Positions 5,954-9,098 of a stretch of 9,098 bases of DNA are shown here, piece by piece. The position numbers and the translations under genes are program-made. Below the pieces are notes generated by a model. That model saw only the letters and a program-made list of their open reading frames with translations, was not told the origin of the DNA and did not search any database. The DNA is from Candidatus Diapherotrites archaeon CG08_land_8_20_14_0_20_30_16. GTDB taxonomy: Archaea > Iainarchaeota > Iainarchaeia > Iainarchaeales > 0-14-0-20-30-16. The stretch's first letter is position 1. Each line of letters begins with the position of its first letter. The stretch spans positions 604 through 9,701 of the forward strand of contig PEXK01000046.1 of NCBI GenBank assembly GCA_002779075.1. Direction: 5' to 3'.

Positions 5954-6211
5954 ATGGCAAATATACTAAAAACAAACTGTCCAATATGTAGCTCTAGTTT
6001 GAATCTAGGCAATAAGAAGAATGAAATATTAGTCTGCCCTTTTTGTCAAAACAGTTTATTTAGTTACAAAGACAAAAAAGAAACGAGACTTATGCCTTTT
6101 GCTATAAATATAGGAACAATAAACAACAAATTAACACAACAAAAAGAATTTGAAATGAATGATGCTCCTTTTGATGATTTCGGGGATTTCGACGAAGACG
6201 AATCAGAATGA
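5954..6211 (+). CDS. Small zinc-ribbon protein with an acidic-aromatic C-terminal tail. Function unknown.
   Basis: 85 aa. CPIC (aa 9-12) and CPFC (aa 28-31) form a C4 zinc-ribbon signature. The C-terminus DAPFDDFGDFDEDESE is strongly acidic with interspersed Phe. An AT-rich palindrome ATATTTAAATAT (5912-5923) and AAAGGAA lie upstream. The gene is 13 nt upstream of the hisC-like gene. Confidence 0.7.
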   Translation: MANILKTNCPICSSSLNLGNKKNEILVCPFCQNSLFSYKDKKETRLMPFAINIGTINNKLTQQKEFEMNDAPFDDFGDFDEDESE

Positions 6212-6224
6212 GTAATATTTTAAT

Positions 6225-7250
6225 ATGAAGAAGGAAGATAATTTGAATAATTTATTAAGATTAAACCTGAATGAGAATAAATATGCATTATCTAACTCCA
6301 CTTTTAAAAAAATAACTCTATTTGACAGGTCTGTAGTAACTAATTACCCAAACTATAATAATATTGTTAATTTAATTGCAAAATATATAAATCTTGGCAG
6401 AGAAAACATATTAGTAACAAATGGTGCAAACCAAGGATTAGATATTGTAATAAGCAGTTTGTTCAAAAATAAAAGCGTTATAGTACCAACACCAACATAT
6501 TATCCTATTTATTTTCATTTGAAAAACAATAATGCAAAGACAAAAATTGTACATTATAAAACAAACAAAAACAATTTTGTATTGCCACTAAAAGAAATCT
6601 TGACTAAACTAAAAAATGCAAATGGAATTATAATTATAAACCCAAACAATCCATTAGGTACAATTATTCCTCAGAAAGATTTATTGAAAATAATTAAGAC
6701 ATGTAATAAACTCAAAAAATTCTGTGTTGTGGATGAAGCATATTATGAATTTTATGGTAAAAGCTGCAAGGATCTTATAAAACATTACAAAAATTTAATA
6801 GTTATTAGAAGTTTCTCTAAATTCTTTGGTTTAGCTGGTTTAAGATTAGGATACATTATTGCACACAAATGTTTGATATCCAAATTTAAAACGTATCAAG
6901 GAGAAAATACTGTGAACTCTTTTGCTATTTTTGCTGGAGAAACTTGTTTAAGGGATTTAAACCATTTTTATAAAGTTAGAGACGCAATACTCAAAGCAAA
7001 AAATGATTTATATAATTTTCTCGTAGATAATAACATAAAAAGTTGGAAATCAAATACAAACTTTTTATTAATAAAACACAAGGACTCAAACCAAATATAC
7101 AAACAACTATATGAAAAGAAGATTCTAGTTTCAAACACTTCAAATTATTCCCACTATGATAACCTTCTAAAAAACACTTTGCGTATTACTGTTCCAATAG
7201 GAAAAGATCTGGCTTTTTTGAAAAAAACAATTATCAAAAGAAATAACTGA
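6225..7250 (+). CDS. hisC: Class I/II PLP-dependent aminotransferase, histidinol-phosphate aminotransferase (HisC)-like
   Basis: 341 aa. Motifs: RLNLNENKY (HisC N-terminal NENP-type), NPNNPLGT, VVDEAYYEF, and RSFSKFFGLAGLRLGY with the PLP lysine K199 (nt 6819-6821). HisC is the closest motif pattern. CobD-type or aromatic aminotransferase specificity cannot be excluded. Confidence 0.85.
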   Translation: MKKEDNLNNLLRLNLNENKYALSNSTFKKITLFDRSVVTNYPNYNNIVNLIAKYINLGRENILVTNGANQGLDIVISSLFKNKSVIVPTPTYYPIYFHLKNNNAKTKIVHYKTNKNNFVLPLKEILTKLKNANGIIIINPNNPLGTIIPQKDLLKIIKTCNKLKKFCVVDEAYYEFYGKSCKDLIKHYKNLIVIRSFSKFFGLAGLRLGYIIAHKCLISKFKTYQGENTVNSFAIFAGETCLRDLNHFYKVRDAILKAKNDLYNFLVDNNIKSWKSNTNFLLIKHKDSNQIYKQLYEKKILVSNTSNYSHYDNLLKNTLRITVPIGKDLAFLKKTIIKRNN

Positions 7251-7285
7251 AAAACAGATCCAATCTAAGAACCAAGAAGAGTAGG

Positions 7286-7293
7286 TTTTTAAA
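7286..7293 (+). promoter_or_regulatory. TATA box (TTTTTAAA) for the 5S rRNA gene
   Basis: Centred about 27 nt upstream of the inferred 5S 5' end (7316/7317). It is preceded by a purine-rich BRE-like stretch (agaagagtagg). Confidence 0.45.
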
Positions 7294-7315
7294 CTTAACT
7301 AGGTAAAATTATATT

Positions 7316-7431
7316 TGGTTAACGGCCATTGGAACAGGGGTACACCTGGTCTCTTTCCGAACCCAGAAGTTAAGCCTGTTTCGAGAGGTAAGCACTGGTG
7401 CAAATCGGCGCTTGTTTCTTCCTGCTAACCA
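7316..7431 (+). rRNA. rrf: 5S ribosomal RNA (stand-alone, not adjacent to 16S/23S in this window)
   Basis: It contains the universal CCGAACCCAGAAGTTAAGC (loop B/helix III) block. Helix I: GGTTAACGG with CTGCTAACC. Helix II: AACAGG with CCTGTT. Helix III: CTGG with CCAG. Helices IV/V are foldable with G-U pairs. The segment is locally G+C-rich relative to its flanks. The ends are approximate to +/-3 nt. Confidence 0.9.
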
Positions 7432-7440
7432 CTTATCTTC

Positions 7441-7457
7441 ATTCTTTCTATTTTTCT
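7441..7457 (+). terminator. Pyrimidine/oligo-T tract downstream of 5S (attctttctatttttct), a weak archaeal terminator candidate
   Basis: A T5 run at 7451-7455 lies inside a 27-nt pyrimidine-rich stretch that starts right after the 5S 3' end. Only a short T run is present, so read-through into tatD is plausible. Confidence 0.3.
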
Positions 7458-7475
7458 CAGATTTATGTGATTATA

Positions 7476-8255
7476 ATGATGTTTGATGCACATTTGCACT
7501 TGGCTGATGAGTCAGCCCTATTAGATATAAGGATGGTTAAGGAAATCATAAAGGAAGCTGAAAAGGAAGGCATAAGCTACTTCTTAAGCAATTCACTTGA
7601 CAAAAGGACAATAGATGAAAATATAGCCTTAGCTAAGGAATTCCCAGAAGTCTTCTTGGGCTTGGGCTTCTTTCCTACAGAATTCAAGAAAGACCAGGAC
7701 CTTCACAAAATAGAGTATCTTAAAGAAAAGATTAGAGAAGCAAAGAAAGAAGGACTTTCAGACAGGTTGTTTATAGGCGAAGTAGGCCTGGATTTCAAAG
7801 AGAAGGATGCAAACAAGGAAGTCCAGGAAAAAGCATTGATAAATATATTGAAAATAGCAAAAGAGGAAAATCTTTATGTAGAAATACATTCAAGATTTGC
7901 AGTTAAGCAAGTTGTCAATATATTGGAAGATTTTCAATATAAGAAAGTAATAATGCATTGGTTTACAGATTCAAAGAAGTACATAGACAAAGTAGCAAAA
8001 CTAGGATACTTCATTACAATAGGACCTAAGTACTTATATGATCAAAACATATTTGAGAATATAAAGGATGTACCTAAAGAGCAAATACTGTTTGAAACTG
8101 ATTATCCTGCAAATGTCTCGGGCAAAGCACATAAGCCAGAAATAATAAAAGAAATCTTTAATAAATACTGCAAAGATAAGGAAATAAACAAAGATGAAAT
8201 GCATACAATTTTGAAAGAATCATTCAGAAAGATCTTTCCAAACATTAAGGCATAA
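7476..8255 (+). CDS. tatD: TatD-family metal-dependent hydrolase/nuclease
   Basis: The track ORF begins at GTG 7398, inside the 5S rRNA gene. The real start is most likely ATG 7476 (or 7479), giving MMFDAHLHL, the typical TatD N-terminus. A GTGAT SD-like sequence lies at 7467-7471. Further TatD motifs: GEVGLDF, EIHSR, IMHWF, ETDYP. Confidence 0.9.
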   Translation: MMFDAHLHLADESALLDIRMVKEIIKEAEKEGISYFLSNSLDKRTIDENIALAKEFPEVFLGLGFFPTEFKKDQDLHKIEYLKEKIREAKKEGLSDRLFIGEVGLDFKEKDANKEVQEKALINILKIAKEENLYVEIHSRFAVKQVVNILEDFQYKKVIMHWFTDSKKYIDKVAKLGYFITIGPKYLYDQNIFENIKDVPKEQILFETDYPANVSGKAHKPEIIKEIFNKYCKDKEINKDEMHTILKESFRKIFPNIKA

Positions 8256-8257
8256 AC

Positions 8258-8265
8258 TTTATAAA
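8258..8265 (+). promoter_or_regulatory. TATA box (TTTATAAA) upstream of the micro-ORF / beta-CASP RNase pair
   Basis: Its centre (~8261.5) is about 25 nt upstream of ATG 8287, consistent with a leaderless transcript starting at the micro-ORF. Confidence 0.4.
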
Positions 8266-8286
8266 GAACAGCTAATTCTATATAAT

Positions 8287-8412
8287 ATGAATGTTTGGCT
8301 ATTAGTTTTAACTATTATTTTAATTATTGGTGTTATTGCTTTAGTCTTAGCAAATCTGTTATTAACATTAAGTAAAAGGAAACAAAAAGGTGAAAAAAAT
8401 GATAAAAATTAA
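8287..8412 (+). CDS. 41-aa single-pass transmembrane micro-protein (not in the supplied ORF track)
   Basis: Hand translation: MNVWLLVLTIILIIGVIALVLANLLLTLSKRKQKGEKNDKN. This is one hydrophobic helix followed by a basic tail. A 42-codon open frame is uncommon by chance here because stop codons are AT-rich. A TATA-like box sits at about -25. The 3' end overlaps the next gene's SD and start by 14 nt. Confidence 0.5.
   Translation: MNVWLLVLTIILIIGVIALVLANLLLTLSKRKQKGEKNDKN
8388..8393 (+). promoter_or_regulatory. Shine-Dalgarno AGGTGA for the beta-CASP RNase gene
   Basis: AGGTGA, then 5 nt, then ATG 8399. The sequence and spacing are the same as at 4006-4019. Confidence 0.6.
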
Positions 8413-9098
8413 ATGTTTAGGTGCGAGCCACGAAGTTGGAAGATCTGGCTTTGCAATTAATTATGAAAATAGTGATGTATTATTAGATTATGGTGTAAAA
8501 ATTGGAAAAGATGCAATGGAGTATCCTATGCACCCAGATTCAATAATAAAACATATTATACTGAGTCATTCACATTTGGACCATTGTGGCATGATTCCAT
8601 GGCTGTTCCAAAAATACAGACCAACTGTTTATTTAACTGCCCCAAGTCTGGATATTGCAGAAATACTTTGGGAAGATAGTTTGAAAATTGCAAAAATCGA
8701 AGGTAATCAATTACCATTTTCAAAACAAAATATTCAAGATGTATTTGGTGCAATGAACATTGTAAATTATAAACAAAAAATACAAATTGCAGAAAATATT
8801 TCATTTGAATTGTTTGATGCGGGACATATAATTGGAAGTGCAATTACTAAATTGCAATTAGGAAAAAAATCCTTGATTTATACTGGAGATTATAAATTAG
8901 AAGAAAGTAGCCTACATCAAGGTGCAGACATTGATATTGATAATCCAAATTATTTAATTATTGAAAGTACATATGGCGACAGAGATCATCCAAAAAGAAA
9001 AGATGTTGAAAAAGAATTTATTGAAAATGTAAATCTTATTTTAGAAAATGGTGGTTCAGTTATTCTGCCTGCATTTGCTGTAGGAAGAAGTCAGGAAC
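8399..9098 (+). CDS. Metallo-beta-lactamase / beta-CASP ribonuclease, aCPSF2-like (no N-terminal KH domains). 5' partial, continues beyond the window.
   Basis: Absent from the ORF track, presumably because no stop occurs before the window end. Hand translation: MIKIKCLGASHEVGRSG...ILSHSHLDHCGMIPW...FDAGHIIGSA...IYTGDY...IIESTYGDRDH...ILPAFAVGRSQE. It carries the HxHxDH motif and the other MBL and beta-CASP motifs in canonical order. The antisense track ORF 8556-8843 is a shadow of this gene. Confidence 0.9.
   Translation, partial: MIKIKCLGASHEVGRSGFAINYENSDVLLDYGVKIGKDAMEYPMHPDSIIKHIILSHSHLDHCGMIPWLFQKYRPTVYLTAPSLDIAEILWEDSLKIAKIEGNQLPFSKQNIQDVFGAMNIVNYKQKIQIAENISFELFDAGHIIGSAITKLQLGKKSLIYTGDYKLEESSLHQGADIDIDNPNYLIIESTYGDRDHPKRKDVEKEFIENVNLILENGGSVILPAFAVGRSQE

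Noticed and set aside
7398-7475. N-terminal extension of the tatD ORF from GTG 7398
   Set aside because: It overlaps the 3' third of the 5S rRNA and the pyrimidine-rich spacer. The TatD homology (MMFDAHLHL) begins only at ATG 7476, which has an SD-like GTGAT upstream.
7476-7517. RNA-motif lookalikes: AUGAUGU (C-box-like) at the tatD start, and the palindrome GGCTGA-TGAG-TCAGCC (7502-7517) containing CUGAUGAG (hammerhead core / C'-D' box-like)
   Set aside because: No properly placed terminal D box (CUGA) or guide-length spacing exists for a C/D sRNA. For a hammerhead, the residues that would close stem II next to the downstream GAAA do not pair (G opposite G). The segment also encodes well-conserved TatD residues. 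The 6-bp hairpin may still affect translation, but it is not a ribozyme or sRNA call.
7317-8255. Compositional shift suggesting horizontal transfer of 5S-tatD (the tatD 5' end is ~37% G+C by hand count, against ~24% at the hisC 5' end)
   Set aside because: A similar hand count at the methyltransferase 5' end also gave ~37%, and the second half of tatD drops to ~30%. The variation looks like ordinary gene-to-gene heterogeneity. Proper windowed GC and codon-usage statistics would be needed.

Overview
AT-rich, very gene-dense archaeal window. Hand-sampled 120-nt stretches gave roughly 24-38% G+C. Gene junctions are short or overlapping. TATA-like boxes sit about 25 nt upstream of first-gene start codons, and AGGTGA Shine-Dalgarno sites precede internal genes. 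The gene content and layout fit a small-genome (DPANN-like) archaeon, but that is inference only. Minus strand: a polytopic membrane protein followed by an Nre-family repair protein ending in a canonical PCNA-binding PIP box (QNRLNDFF). Plus strand, in order: (1) a Trm5/Taw2-class tRNA methyltransferase; (2) a tightly coupled trio, made of a divergent M14/AstE-like zinc-hydrolase-type protein with an Arg/Lys tail, an orphan methyltransferase with DPFCGTGT and SPPY motifs about 175 aa apart, and a membrane-anchored PHP phosphoesterase; (3) a small zinc-ribbon protein with an acidic-aromatic tail; (4) a HisC-like aminotransferase; (5) a stand-alone 5S rRNA gene; (6) a TatD-family hydrolase; (7) a 41-aa transmembrane micro-ORF absent from the ORF track; (8) the first ~233 codons of a beta-CASP (aCPSF2-type) RNase that runs off the window and is also absent from the track. 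No CRISPR array, transposase, integrase or tRNA was seen. The best candidate for something undescribed is the M14-like / methyltransferase / PHP cassette. Nothing in the sequence proves a system-level function for it, so all functional claims about it are hypotheses. All family assignments come from motif recognition by eye, not from searches.
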